Assembly: GCF_001194135.2 (NCBI RefSeq)
Contig: NC_068994.1
Span: 52,773,350-52,837,349, forward strand
DNA from: Octopus bimaculoides
Lineage: Eukaryota
Length of the DNA: 64,000 nucleotides
Direction of reading: 5' to 3'
In this document: positions 27,501-40,255 of the stretch, piece after piece
How positions within the stretch are numbered: the stretch's first letter is position 1
How the letters are laid out: the number at the start of each line of letters is the position of its first letter
Program-made: the position numbers and the translations under genes
The notes under the pieces: model-generated
The model's database searches: none
Told to the model about the DNA's origin: nothing
The model's input: only the letters and a program-made list of their open reading frames with translations

Positions 27501-28074
27501 AAACCTTGGAAATTAAAATCATTCCAAATTTTATTCCTCAAACTCCATTGTCTGATGTTATTTGGAAACAGCGTGGCGTGATACACATGTTATTTTAAAA
27601 CGAAACTTGTAAACTGTCTCGAGGTGATTTTTGTAAATTTTTATTTGTCAGCATCTTCCATCAGGTGTTCACAACATTTTTCCTGTTTCATTCATTTACG
27701 GTGGATGTTTTTGGTCTTCAGAGCAACCGCTTCCACGAATAAGTTATTATATACTATAATGAGAAATGAAAAAAAATAGCAAAATGCAAAATAAGTACAA
27801 TAAAAATCTAGCTCACTCTCGCATTCATATATGTATATTTATGCTTCTCTTTCACTCTCTAGCTCTCTATTTTTCTATCTATCAATCTATCATATATATA
27901 TATATATANNNNNNNNNNNNNNNNNNNNNNNNNNNNNNNNNNNNNNNNNNNNNNNNNNNNNNNNNNNNNNNNNNNNNNNNNNNNNNNNNNNNNNNNNNNN
28001 NNNNNNNNNNNNNNNNNNNNNNNNNNNNNNNNNNNNNNNNNNNNNNNNNNNNNNNNNNNNNNNNNNNGAGAGAA

Positions 28075-28106
<32 letters not shown>

Positions 28107-28662
28107 GGGCAGAGAGAGAGAGAGATTTTCATATTTCTTTAAAATTACTTCTGTCTGATACTTTCTACAGACGCCTGTTGTACGATCGTTACCTGAATCT
28201 TATTGCACTAAGGATGATGACGGCCTTAGATAACTAACACTTGAATGTCAATCAATTTCTTATTGCAATCTTTGAAAATACATAACAATATCATGAAGTA
28301 ATATTCGCACGAATTCAACAATTATGAATAATCCGACGAGAGAGGATTTACCGGTTTGTGTAATGCCATAATTTGAAAATATTTCGAGAAAGAAAAATCG
28401 TACTTTAATTACATGACGTGAGAGAACTGACAGACAGTTCTCTATCTCAATGATACAAATCATTGGACAATTTCTATTAATTTAAATACAACTGTCCATG
28501 TCATTCGTCATCCACTTGTAACAGCTTTAAGACGCGTGATTTATGCATTCGTAACCAGAATGAATATAATCCTTTGTACGTTAAAATTATATTTCTATAT
28601 TACTACGAATACATAATACATATATTCAAATAGGTATATATATGTATATATATATATACATA

Positions 28663-28822
28663 TTTTTCTCCGTGTTTTTCTCCTTGTCTCCGTATTCTTT
28701 CTGTTGAAGAGCGTAGCTCGAAACGTCAAAGACTTTCCGTATTCCCGAGCGTCATACTAATATATCCTTTTGTTATTTCCACCACCTGTCCTCGTCTGTT
28801 GTTATTATTTGTATATTCTCCC
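28663..28822 (+). mobile_element. About 160-bp non-autonomous hammerhead-bearing element embedded in (TA)n
   Basis: Unique sequence bounded by TA runs on both sides and containing the motif at 28696-28732. Confidence 0.55.
28696..28732 (+). ncRNA. Type I hammerhead-like motif with an A6-to-U core variant
   Basis: TCTTT-CTGTTGA-A-GAGC-gta-GCTC-GAAA-CGTC-AAAGA. Stem I is TCTTT/AAAGA, stem II is GAGC/GCTC, and the cleavage triplet is GUC. Confidence 0.6.
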
Positions 28823-29008
28823 ATATATATNNNNNNNNNNNNNNNNNNNNNNNNNNNNNNNNNNNNNNNNNNNNNNNNNNNNNNNNNNNNNNNNNNNNNN
28901 NNNNNNNNNNNNNNNNNNNNNNNNNNNNNNNNNNNNNNNNNNNNNNNNNNTGTGTGTGTGTATGTGCATGTATGTATGTTCGTGCGTGTGTGTGTATATA
29001 TATGTACG

Positions 29009-29069
<61 letters not shown>

Positions 29070-30320
29070 ATCTATCTATCTATTTATCTATCTTGAAATA
29101 ATCGTCAGCCAACTCTTCGATGAATGATGGACAAATCATATTTTGTTTTCTATACTAAATTCTATATAGAGCATAATGAAAGCATTATTCGCTGGTTCAT
29201 TTTGACAACTCGTACTTAAGGAAAATTTTATGCAGATTTTTTCTTTTTCTGAACCAGCATCATTTATCGGTAGATTATACGAAAGAGTCAAGTTTACTCT
29301 ACACCGAGTGACACTTAGATACATTAGTCTGAGAAAAGAATATTCAGTTCTCAACTTTATTCAAACATACACATCTGTAAGAATTGCATTTTTACAATGT
29401 CCGTTGTTCGTGTTCTTTTTACTTAGTTCGCCTGCACTTAAATCTAACCAGTAGGCATATTGTTTTTCAAAAATACAATTACAATGTCTAAATGGTTCCG
29501 TTATATCTCTGTCTAAGTGCCAGTTAATCAGGTTTCTATAGAAACGGAGCACTAATGCGATAGCTTATACTGACACATTAACAACGGTATAAAATTTAGT
29601 TTGCTGCAAAATCTTGAGAGATTTCCAGCTTACTCAGTTCAGTTGAGGTGTTCTCCAAACTAAAAAGAGAATATGAACAATACAATATCTGTAACCACAT
29701 CAATCATAATATCTGTCCAAAGATAATGTATGAAAAACGAACCAGAAGAATTATGTTCTGTGGAATATATCTAAGGTACTAAAACCTAGAGTAGTCACAG
29801 AATGTTAACAGACTGAATGCAAATATGTAGCATATATGAGTATACGTATGAATGCTTATTCAGTCTGAAGCAACTTCATTTAGTCCTCTGAAGTAAACCT
29901 AAGGCGCTGTTCAAAAATGTGGGGCGGCATAATATCACACACAAAAACCATTACAATTTGAGGGGAACTTGGTTTTCATGATGTCTATGTCACGTATTAC
30001 AGCCTTTATATATATATTTCCTGTGAGTTCGAGGTTGGGAAGCCAACCAAGGGATCGTACCTACCCAAATTACTGCTGGTAGTGTGCCCAATTATTCATA
30101 CCCAAGTGCTGGTTATTGCGCGGCAATTTGGCGATCGAGTGTCATATATGGCCGGGGGTAAAAAGCGGTTTACCCTTCATTTATACGGCAAAAAGAAAAT
30201 GGGGGGGGGGAACAAAAATGATATACATCAGCCGTTAGACATTATGTCTATTTATTCCAAAACGTACTACACAAATATGTACTAGTAATACATAAAAGAG
30301 TAAAAGATTAAAAGATCAGT

Positions 30321-30444
30321 TCCTTACGGCCGTTTCTGCCAAGAGGCCACGATATCCTCCATGCTAGCCCCATCTCTTTAGTGTTCTGTAGGATGGGTAG
30401 ATAAAGTTTGAATGTTGAGTGTGCCTCTAGACTTCATCAGAGAG
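30321..30444 (-). ncRNA. Type I hammerhead-like motif with a large stem II loop
   Basis: Minus strand CTCT-CTGATGA-A-GTCTAGAGGC-(about 75 nt)-GCCTCTTGGC-A-GAAA-CGGCCGTA-AGGA. Stem II is 10 bp (1 mismatch, 1 G:U), stem III is the palindrome ACGGCCGT, and stem I is weak. Confidence 0.55.
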
Positions 30445-30476
30445 TCCAAATGTTTAGGAGAGCCGATACATAAAAG

Positions 30477-30870
30477 AGGGTCTTCCAGTAGCCACCCTCT
30501 TAACCCAGGGTAGCACTAGCTCCTCCAGGCACTTGATGTAGGCCTCCGTGTTGAGTCTGAGGCAGTGTGGGAAGATGAATGAAGGCATAACGTCACCATC
30601 ACTAGTGATCACTCCAAACACCATGATGTTGACTGGATGTTTGGTTTTATCATCCCGGTACATGTCATAGGATTGCACTATCCTCAGATTGACACCCAAG
30701 CATTCTGAAATATTCGTATTGGAGTTCCGGTTCGAACGTCAACCGTTACAAGTCGTTTCCATGTTTCTGGCAGAGTGACTGGCTACATAGTGCTGTTTTT
30801 CTCACAGAAGGTGCCAAACACACCCTACTATACTGTGTAGTCGACAAAATCAAAAATAAACAATGCGGAT
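30477..30870 (-). mobile_element. Internally deleted Tc1/mariner transposase relic
   Basis: PETWKR...SNTNISECLGVNLRIVQ (HTH start) is joined directly to KTKHPVNIMVFGVITSDGDVMPSFIFPHCLRLNTEAYIKCLEELVLPWVKRVATGRP (catalytic segment) and is truncated before the QQD motif. Confidence 0.85.
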
Positions 30871-31792
30871 GCTCGAAATTAGAAATATAAGAAGCCGAGA
30901 ATATAGTCATCACAACTTGGAAATACTTGTGCGTGTGTGTTGTGTGTGCATGTGTGTATGTGTGTGCATATGTATAAAAATATACATATATAGGTGTGTA
31001 TATGTATGCGTACCTGTATGTGTGTCTGTGATTTGGAGTATGTATAAATTTGTGCGTCTGTAATTCTTTGGGACCGGGAAGGTCAGAGCGAAAGACGCAT
31101 ATAATAATAAAGACAAACTAAAACTCCACTTGTGGCCAAATTGAGGGCACATACATAGAATAAAGTAGACAATGATGAAAAAAAAGCTAAGAAAGAAAAT
31201 AACTCGACGCTGTTTGAGTCGAAGTTGAAGAACCATTCATCATTCGCCATTAATCCGATTTTAATTAGGCTTCAGAATGTCCATGATATTTATGCATTTA
31301 CAAAGCAGCAGCAGCAGTAGTAGTAGTGGCTGATGTTTTTATTGTCTCTTTTCCTGCAGATAGTTTTTGTTAATTCCTTAAAACAAATTTTAGAGATATT
31401 CTCGTTTTACCTAGCGTTCTTTAAAAGTTTTCGTCGATATTCTTGTATCGCGTCTATAAAAAATAAATTTATAAAATAAATGACAGAAAGACATTTATTT
31501 ATGGCTCATTCTTTCAGCTGAAATATATCTATCAATTGAATTCCATATTATATACATATGCTTCATTATAATTTCAAAAATTTCACGTAGGTTACAGGAT
31601 TTCACTGCAGAAGAAAGCGCAATTCGCTATACCTTCGGTTTAGGTATTGTTTTATCTCACTTTTCGTTATTTGAAATTTACTCTAGCTTCTATCTATGTA
31701 GTAAATGATCATACAATATTCTATGCATTGCAGAAATATTTCACATACACATCTGCATATCTTTTAATCATTACGAGGATACAATTCTATTA

Positions 31793-32033
31793 AGATGGCG
31801 TGCTAGCAGAATCGTTAGCACGCTGGACGAAATGCTTGGTGTCTTTTCGCCTCTCGCTGCGTTCTGAGTTCAAATTCCGCTAAAATCAACTTTGCTTTTT
31901 ATCTTTTCAGGGTCGATAAATTAAGTACCAGTTGAAAATTAGGGTCAATGTAATCGACTCATACCCACCTCCCCCAAGCTGCCGTTTTGGCAAAAATTTG
32001 AAATACTATTATTATTATTATTATTATTATTAC

Positions 32034-32100
<67 letters not shown>
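31793..32100 (+). mobile_element. SINE family A with a (TTA)n 3' tract
   Basis: Head TGCTAGCAGAATCGTTAGCACG, B box GAGTTCAAATTCC, core, then (TTA)n from about 32004 to 32100. Confidence 0.9.
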
Positions 32101-32825
32101 GTCGCTGAGTAAGAGAGACATGCATGGCATCAAAGTGACACTTCCGTAAAGTCGGTGCCCCTGCTCTTTTATGCTAGATTAGTGCATTCATTTAAGAGAT
32201 GGTTAATAATAGCCTCTGTTCCCAAATTTCAGGACCAGTGCCTGAAATTTGGGGAATCCACTGCCCAAAGTTTACAGATCCCGAAAGAATGAAAGGCAAT
32301 GTGAACTCAGATTAAAACCGGAAGAAATACCGTTAAATATGTTCTCCGAGGCAATAAATACCTCATCTGTCAGGTCAGATCACCACATTCTCTCTATTGT
32401 TGTTACTCAACTACTACTTTTCACAAAAAGAGGTCTGTCGATATCAGCGACGCCAGCAATCGTCTGCTATTTTATTGTTTCGGCAAAGAAACGAAAGGTA
32501 TAATCTGTGGGATTTGGCTCTCAGAATGTATAGAGTTGGAACAAATATGTATGTTTTTTGTGGCGGTGTTTATCTGTTTATCTCTTTCTCTGTACGAGTA
32601 TTTATACAATGCCAGGTTTGTCCATTAGATCCATCTACATCCAACAGCTCAGAAACCAAGTTTTTGTATGTCTGGTATTACAAAGAGTTTTTCTTGCACA
32701 CTATCAATACACGGTGTGTAAACATCAGACTGACAGGCGAGTGGACAACATGAAATAAACTGCTACAAGCTATTGTAATTATTAGCTACCCATCCCGATC
32801 GTTAATACAAATGGATATACATCTG

Positions 32826-32865
<40 letters not shown>

Positions 32866-33957
32866 GTTCTGTGTGTGTGTGTGTGTAGATATAAATATGA
32901 TATATATAAACACAACTATGCGTATACATATATTGCATATAATGTACACAGTTATATGTATGCATATATATGTGTAAATAAATATATATATTGATTAGTA
33001 GATATACACACAGGGATGGACTTACAGAGTTAGAAATAATTATTTGTATAAGTTATAAAATATAAAATTATCAAATAAATATGCAGCACTTCTAATGCCC
33101 ATGTAAATGTGGTAGTACTCCAGAATATTGTTGGAATGAGAATTTCTCTACAATGAACATAACATCTATTGATTGAGTTCAGCGCTACGTACATGGACAC
33201 GTGTATTATATTGCTTCAACAGCAAACAGAAAAATCCTGGCTCCTATGAAGTATCAAATTGAATATTGAAACTATTCCGATATTCTGTAGTAGCGCCATG
33301 CTTAAACTTGAATACGATGTTATGAAAAAAACATGAAAACAAAACTGAAACAAAGAGAACATTCCGACTGGAATGCTAATCTAAGAAAGTTTCCTCAATC
33401 ACTTAACCTCGCAAAATATTTGGATAAACTCCAGCCACATCTATTATACCACACAAGGATCTATAATGAAAATATTCGCTGAAATTAGTTTGAAAAGAAA
33501 GCTAGTTCTAACACATAATACCCAATAACTATCTAAACAGAACGACACGGAAGATATTCTTTATGCCACGTATGCCTTGTATCTCAGACAAGTTTAGAAA
33601 GAATATATTTCTTACTGTTGTCTATGTTGATGTTGTTTCACATACATTTTTCTCTCTCGTTTTGTTTTTCATTTTATTTTTGTTTTGTTTTTGTTCATTC
33701 CTTACGTAACCTGTTCAATCAAGTTTTGAACATTTATTAGTTTTACTCAAACCATGTTTGTCTAATGCATTTGTATTTTGTGTCTTGGGATGAATAGAAT
33801 GCATAATGAGACATATCAATAAAGGCATTGTAAACATATACACTAGCACATACACGTACATGCATACACACACACACACACAAACACACACATACACACA
33901 CACATACACACACACACATATATATATATGCAAATAAAAGTGTATGCATGCATTTAC

Positions 33958-34023
<66 letters not shown>

Positions 34024-34303
34024 GGAGAGAGAGAGAGAGGGGGATGAGTAAAAGAGGAAGAGGGAGAGAGAAAGCCATATGCAAATTTTGTTATCGAATA
34101 AGGTAAGAAGATTCTATAAAGCAATGTAAAGTTGTCCCTCGATTGACACACCCGATAGTCAATCGAAAACAATTCCAAATAGCGCAAAGCGAGGGCGATG
34201 TATGTGTGATATTACTAACAAAACGCACAGATACACACAATCGCAAATACAATTTGAGAATTATAAGTAGGAATTGGAATACTACTACTACTACTACTAC
34301 TAC

Positions 34304-34355
<52 letters not shown>

Positions 34356-34704
34356 TATTATTATTATTATTATTATTANNNNNNNNNNNNNNNNNNNNNN
34401 NNNNNNNNNNNNNNNNNNNNNNNNNNNNNNNNNNNNNNNNNNNNNNNNNNNNNNNNNNNNNNNNNNNNNNNNNNNNNNNNNNNNNNNNNNNNNNNNNNNN
34501 NNNNNNNATGATGGTGATGATGATGATGAGGATGAGGAGGAGGAGGAGGAGGAGGAGGAGGAGGAGGAGGAGACGCAGGAGAAGAAAGAGGAAGAATGTG
34601 TTGATGAGGAGAATGATGACTACATAGAAACATTTTTGTTTTCTTTTCCAATACTTTAAAATATAGTGTGTGTATGTATAGTGTGTGTTTTAAAGTTATT
34701 GAAA

Positions 34705-34873
34705 ATCCATTCATTATACTGGTTTGGATAATTTCTTCCTTTCGATCAAGTATTCTAACAATCGTTTTCTTCTTATTAAAATATTTTTTACTGTTTCTTT
34801 TGAACTGTTTTGCCTTTTCAAATAGATTTAATATTCGAGTTTTCATTTCCAGAGATATCGACTTTCTTGACAT
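34705..34873 (-). mobile_element. pogo/Tigger transposase N-terminal (CENP-B-type/psq HTH) relic
   Basis: MSRKSISLEMKTRILNLFEKAKQF...TIVRILDRKEEI resembles the RKSISLE.K..I...E.G.......A.......TI.TI.K.K..I start of Tigger-like proteins. Confidence 0.6.
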
Positions 34874-35643
34874 ATGAAAACCTATCATCTAATCTTGAAG
34901 AGATTTACGCCTGTACAAAAATATAATTCGAGTTACAGCATTAGTTTATTAGTTTAGTGAGCTCTCTGTCTCATTCACTATCGAAGAAGTAAGATCAAAG
35001 TGAAACCGAATTAATGTGCAAATCTGAAATAAGAGTAAAAGAGAACTGTTTCTACTTCACGGAGTTTCACATATCGCGAGGTGTTTCGGAACGTAACACC
35101 CGCGATAGTCGAGGGATTACTGTGTACATTTTCCTAAATAAAATAATCTAAATGTTAAACAGTGTTTCGCATGCCGCTGTGGACTTCTTTTACTCACAAA
35201 AGACAGTTACAAAATAGGTTTAATTGCTTACAACGAAATAAACCTGTTGGTGCTACATATAACCGACAGTGCCGAAAGTTCAATCGTTCTTGATGACAAT
35301 TTTGTAGCGAATCACTTTCTCTCGTTTATAATTCTAATCTTCATACTCTATGGATGATTTGATATACATTGCAGAGGTAACTAATTTTTATCCAGATAAT
35401 TTCAGTCTTATAATTGACTTGTACACTGGTTGTATATATTTTGTTATGAAAAGGAAAAAAAAAATCAGGAACAAGTATTTTCTTTTTCATTCCCTCGGTA
35501 CCAGTTTGCGCAGCTGTCTTTTGCAAATCATTCTAACATAATGTTGAAAGCAGCAATTAATTAAACTGAACATTCGTCTACTCACATTGTCAGCTATTTT
35601 ACATAACAAGATACTTGTCTTATACGTACATAAGTACATATAT

Positions 35644-35717
<74 letters not shown>

Positions 35718-35944
35718 AGATATATGTATAGATATATGTATATACATGGTGGTGGTAGTGGTGGTGGTGGTGTCGGCGGCGGCGGCGGATCATAAGAGGA
35801 GGAGGGGAGGAGGAGCAGGATCATAACAGCTGAAAAGAATTAATGTAGACTAAGAATAACCCCAACAGTTGCTGAGAAGTGCTTGAGAAAAGCCCGACCA
35901 AACCCTTCAGAGCACAAAGAATAACGGAAAGCATTTAATGAAGC

Positions 35945-36240
35945 TGAACAAGTAACTGCAGAATATTTGAAGAGGTGGATAAATCGGTTCATCACCTTGT
36001 CTGTAGTTGCCCGAACATGACCAACAAAGAACATGCAGAACATGCAGAACATGCATCAACATGCAGAACAAAGTTGGGACTTATATGCATTGGGTGAGTT
36101 GTCAGCACTATGAAATTCCTATCGACAAGAAGTGTTATGAATACTCTTTAGCATACTAGTATAAATTGGCAGAGGAGATAAATTCTAATGGACCAGACAT
36201 TGTTATCAAGGACTCCCAGGAAGATAAATTTCTCCATTAG
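35945..36240 (+). mobile_element. Old R4/Dong-like (RLE-type) LINE remnant: zinc knuckle and endonuclease start
   Basis: TSNCRIFEEVDKSVHHLVCSCP (decayed CX2CX8HX4C), then frameshifted NKVGTYMHWVSCQHYEIP...NSNGPDIVIKD (RPDIV motif). Confidence 0.7.
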
Positions 36241-37347
36241 TCTCAAACGATGATAATGTGTCTCTTAAAACGATGGAGAAATTATACATAGATAAAGATT
36301 TTAGAAAGAAAACTAACCAAACGAGTAACAATCACTTTAATAATAGATATTTTGGAAACGAAAAATATTGGCGACAAAGACATCGTTGTAACAAGTATGT
36401 AAAGTAAAATATACAGAACATATAGAAAACGGAACTGCTAAGTTCTGCGCATATATTACGTAATGTAATTTCTATTCACTAAATATACCTCAAGCAAACG
36501 AAAATATTGCAAGTACCCAAGGCATGCAGAGCTACGCACAGCTGTACAATACAAGCACACAATTAACATAATGATGGTAATAATAATGATATTGATACGA
36601 TAATAATGGTGATGATGACGATGATAATAATAATAATTGTCTTTATTAGCCACAAAGGCCTCTAGAGACAACATCGTTTATACACTCAGATGCAAATGTG
36701 TACACATATCGAAGTAACCATATACATATTTTATGATCATTGGATATGTAATATGTAGCTACAAGAAAATTTGTCCACATCAAATCACCTCCGGCAATTT
36801 ATGAAGCAACAATACAATGATTAGTAAAATTCACCTAGAAGCAAGTGATCGATCTCTTATAGGGAAATATATTCTCTTAAATTTCAATATATATGTGCGC
36901 GCTAATTATGTATATACAAAACTTGTTATACTAGAATTATTAATGACATTAGAAAATGTCCCAAGGGTGAATTTTACATGTTGGAATTATTAAGTGCAAA
37001 CTAACATACTTGTCATGATGAGACGAAAATATTTTTCAATTAATTGGAATTATAGCCGTAATGAGAAGAAAATTCATTAATGTTAATGAATATAAGTTAT
37101 TAAAGGAAACGAGGGAAGTTTTAAAGTTTTCAATTATAAAAATTTGAATTATAATGTGAAGGGAGACACGGTGAGTCTTATCTCATGTTTGTGACAGTTA
37201 CAGGCATATTATAGTATTACTGCATTCTTATGACGATTGTGTATCTTCAACACTAATGACCTTTCAAATTATTCTAGTTATAACTTCAATTCAATGGTAA
37301 TTAGTTCCGGCTCAGCAGTGAATTACATGTTAACTCAGTAAAATGTT

Positions 37348-37555
37348 AAGTCGGCCAGCTGGCAAAGTCGTAAGGACGCTGCAGAAAAGACCTAGAGACA
37401 TTTCATTCGTCGTTACAGCTGAAAATCCGACGAGGTCGACTTTGGTTTTCATCCTACCAATCGTTAACATAAATACCAGTTGAATACTGGTATAGTTATA
37501 ATTGACTAGCCTCTCCCCACAAACCAAATTTCAGGCCTTGTGCCTATAATAATGA
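37348..37555 (+). mobile_element. SINE family A, diverged
   Basis: GAGGTCGACTTTGGTTTTCATCC...AAATACCAGTTG...AAATTTCAGGCCTTGTGCCTAT. Confidence 0.8.
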
Positions 37556-37575
37556 GGATCATCATGAGGATTATC

Positions 37576-37607
<32 letters not shown>

Positions 37608-37660
37608 GCATGCATGCATGCATGCATGTATGTATGTATGTATGTATGACTATATATATA

Positions 37661-37773
37661 CAGGGTGCGATGAGTGAACTATCACCAAATTACATTTTTA
37701 ACTTTCTAAGACAACTAAACGCTTCTAAAGCAAACTTCGTTTGTTTGTTTACTTTCACCGTAATGTCTTATTT
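37661..37773 (+). mobile_element. Possible Tc1/mariner-type terminus, cut by an N gap
   Basis: TA|CAGGGTG start directly after a (TA)n run; no partner end is visible. Confidence 0.35.
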
Positions 37774-38866
37774 NNNNNNNNNNNNNNNNNNNNNNNNNNN
37801 NNNNNNNNNNNNNNNNNNNNNNNNNNNNNNNNNNNNNNNNNNNNNNNNNNNNNNNNNNNNNNNNNNNNNNNGTAGGATCATTTCAAGGTTGAAACAATGC
37901 AAAAGCGCATTGTAACCAGTGATGTGTAGCAACATCTGGTTGCATGGTTTGTCACGGGGTCACGTGGTCACAATTACTAGTCATATTTATATATATAATT
38001 AGTAATTAAATATATGCATTACATTAGAATTTAGATATTAAGTGTATGTAAATGATCTTAAGTAATGATATTCAGCGTTAATTATATATATAAAGTGATA
38101 TATCGTGAAGTATAAAATTTCCCCGGGATACCAGCGGCTCCCACTGTTCGATAGATTTATTGAATAAACAGCCATTGTGCAATTTATTGAATGTTCGTTG
38201 AAATGTATGAATATAAAGCGAAATATAACAATTTTATATTGAATTTCGAATTCATATTCTTTTCCATTAGAAAAATCTCGACATCTAAGAAAAAATGAAA
38301 AAATATTAAGTAAGCCGGAATTTCTATCTTTTCAGGATTTGCCTCCGGGCATGAGAAAAAGAGAGCGATGAACGTTACGAAATTTTGAGAGGGAATTGAT
38401 ATATTGCAAACCATCTCTGCTTCTTGACTAAATATTCTGAATCACATCGGTTCTAAAATTTAGATTCACAGTATGTCCTCGTTTTAGAAATTTAGAACAG
38501 AGAAGGCTTCTCTTGTAGATATTTCCATTTATAAAAGCATCCATTCAATAAGATGTTGTTATTGAAAATTCAGACTCTTGAAAATACTATTACTATAAAT
38601 TTTCAATCGATAAAGACCCTCTTTTTAGCTATTTTGATCCAATGTGGCTCGTCCTTTTGTGGTTTAAACTCAAGAATCTACTATATATCAGATATCGCAA
38701 CTCGTGGAGATCGTCTTTCAGATGTTCATTTTCGATTAAATTCCCTCTTGTTACAGATTTATATTTCCGAATACTTTCCACAGAAAGGCTTAGATTTTTA
38801 TAAAGTTCCTTTCTATTAGACAATTAAATTCATGTATTTTCCATTGTACAGAATTAGGTTATAAAA

Positions 38867-39410
38867 CTAGCTGTTGGAGCCGGCGTTACTCGTGTTTTAC
38901 TTGTTGAAATTAAGCCTACCTCTGACCTTGTATTGAAATCTTCTACGTTCCCCGAGCTAACTAATATCCTTTAAGATATTATATCTGGTTCGGCAGGCTG
39001 TTGCAGGATGAATAGGTGTGTGGCAGGCGGGGGAAAAATGGTCAGAGCAGGCGACAGAATTTTGTTGACGGAGCAGAGATTTTGCAGCCGACGACGACGT
39101 GTTCAATGGTGCAGAGGACGCAAAAGTAAATATGCATTTCGTTAGAGACTATTGTTAACGTTTTACACGTGAAAAAAATTCAAAAGCTGCATCGCTATGG
39201 GAATTTCCATTCAAACTCCCAATTGAGCTCATAAATATTAATACCAACTGAGCATTATCGAGTTTTCGAAAACTTCCAGCCTTATATGAATCTCAGGGCA
39301 TGTAATCTACCTATGTACCAAAAATCATGAAGATGGGTTGGACGGTGTAGGAGGAGTTAGAGTAATCCGAAACACATACACAGACACCATTACACATTTA
39401 TGTATATAGA
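38867..39410 (-). mobile_element. Non-autonomous Helitron (544 bp)
   Basis: On the minus strand it starts A|TCTATATAC and ends CTAG|T, the canonical TC...CTRR termini in an AT target. The GC-rich subterminal segment is only weakly palindromic. The motif CTATGTACCAAAAATCATGAAGATGGG...AAACACATACACAGAC is typical of invertebrate non-autonomous helitrons (from recall). Confidence 0.6.
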
Positions 39411-39892
39411 TATAAACCTTTAACATTTTGCATTCATTTCACACCTGCTTAATAAATCCAGCATATTTCATTATCTAACGTCTTCCTTGTTTTCAAGGAC
39501 GCCAAAAGAGGGTTGTATGTTAATTCTAGCAGGGCACTTTTACGTAATTTTCCACATACAAACGAAATTGTTTTGCGCTTCATTGATAAAAATGCCGGCT
39601 GCTTCAGTCCTGTTTAATATTCACTTGATGACATTGGTAAACTCAATTTTCTTCTAAAAGCAAATATGCCTCACGTCACGCGTTTGCAAATAATTGAATA
39701 TGGAGAACAAAGTCCCTACTTCTTATGTAAGGTAATCGTCAGCAATCCATATTAATTGATCGATACTTTCAATAAGTAATGTTGTTCCGTACTTTAAATA
39801 ACTGTAGATTTCTTCCCCAAGCTAAACTTATGTCTGAATAAATAAATCTCTTTAATAAAAAAGATTGTGTCTACACACACACGCAAACACAC

Positions 39893-39924
<32 letters not shown>

Positions 39925-39925
39925 G

Positions 39926-39961
<36 letters not shown>

Positions 39962-39990
39962 NNNNNNNNNNACACACACACACACACACG

Positions 39991-40026
<36 letters not shown>

Positions 40027-40029
40027 CAT

Positions 40030-40255
40030 AGAAAGAAGGGGAGAGAGACAGAGAGGCACACAGAGAGACAGAGAGGCACAGAGAGGTAGAGAAAGAGACA
40101 GAGAGGCAGAGAGGGAGACAGAGAGGAGAGAGGCACAGAGAGAGGCAAAGAGAGAGACAGAGAGGCAGAGAGAAAGACAGAGAGGCAGAGAGAGAGAGAG
40201 AGACAGAAATGTATAGAGAGAGAGAGACAGAGAGGCAGAAAGACAGAGTTGAGTG
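40030..40255. repeat. GA-rich minisatellite, unit about GAGACAGAGAGGCA
   Basis: Directly visible imperfect tandem units. Confidence 0.85.

Noticed and set aside
27167-27524. 15-bp direct repeat AAATTAAAATCATTC as a TSD around a 328-bp insert
   Set aside because: The piggyBac-like similarity continues upstream across the left repeat, and the 15-mer is very AT-rich, so chance is likely.
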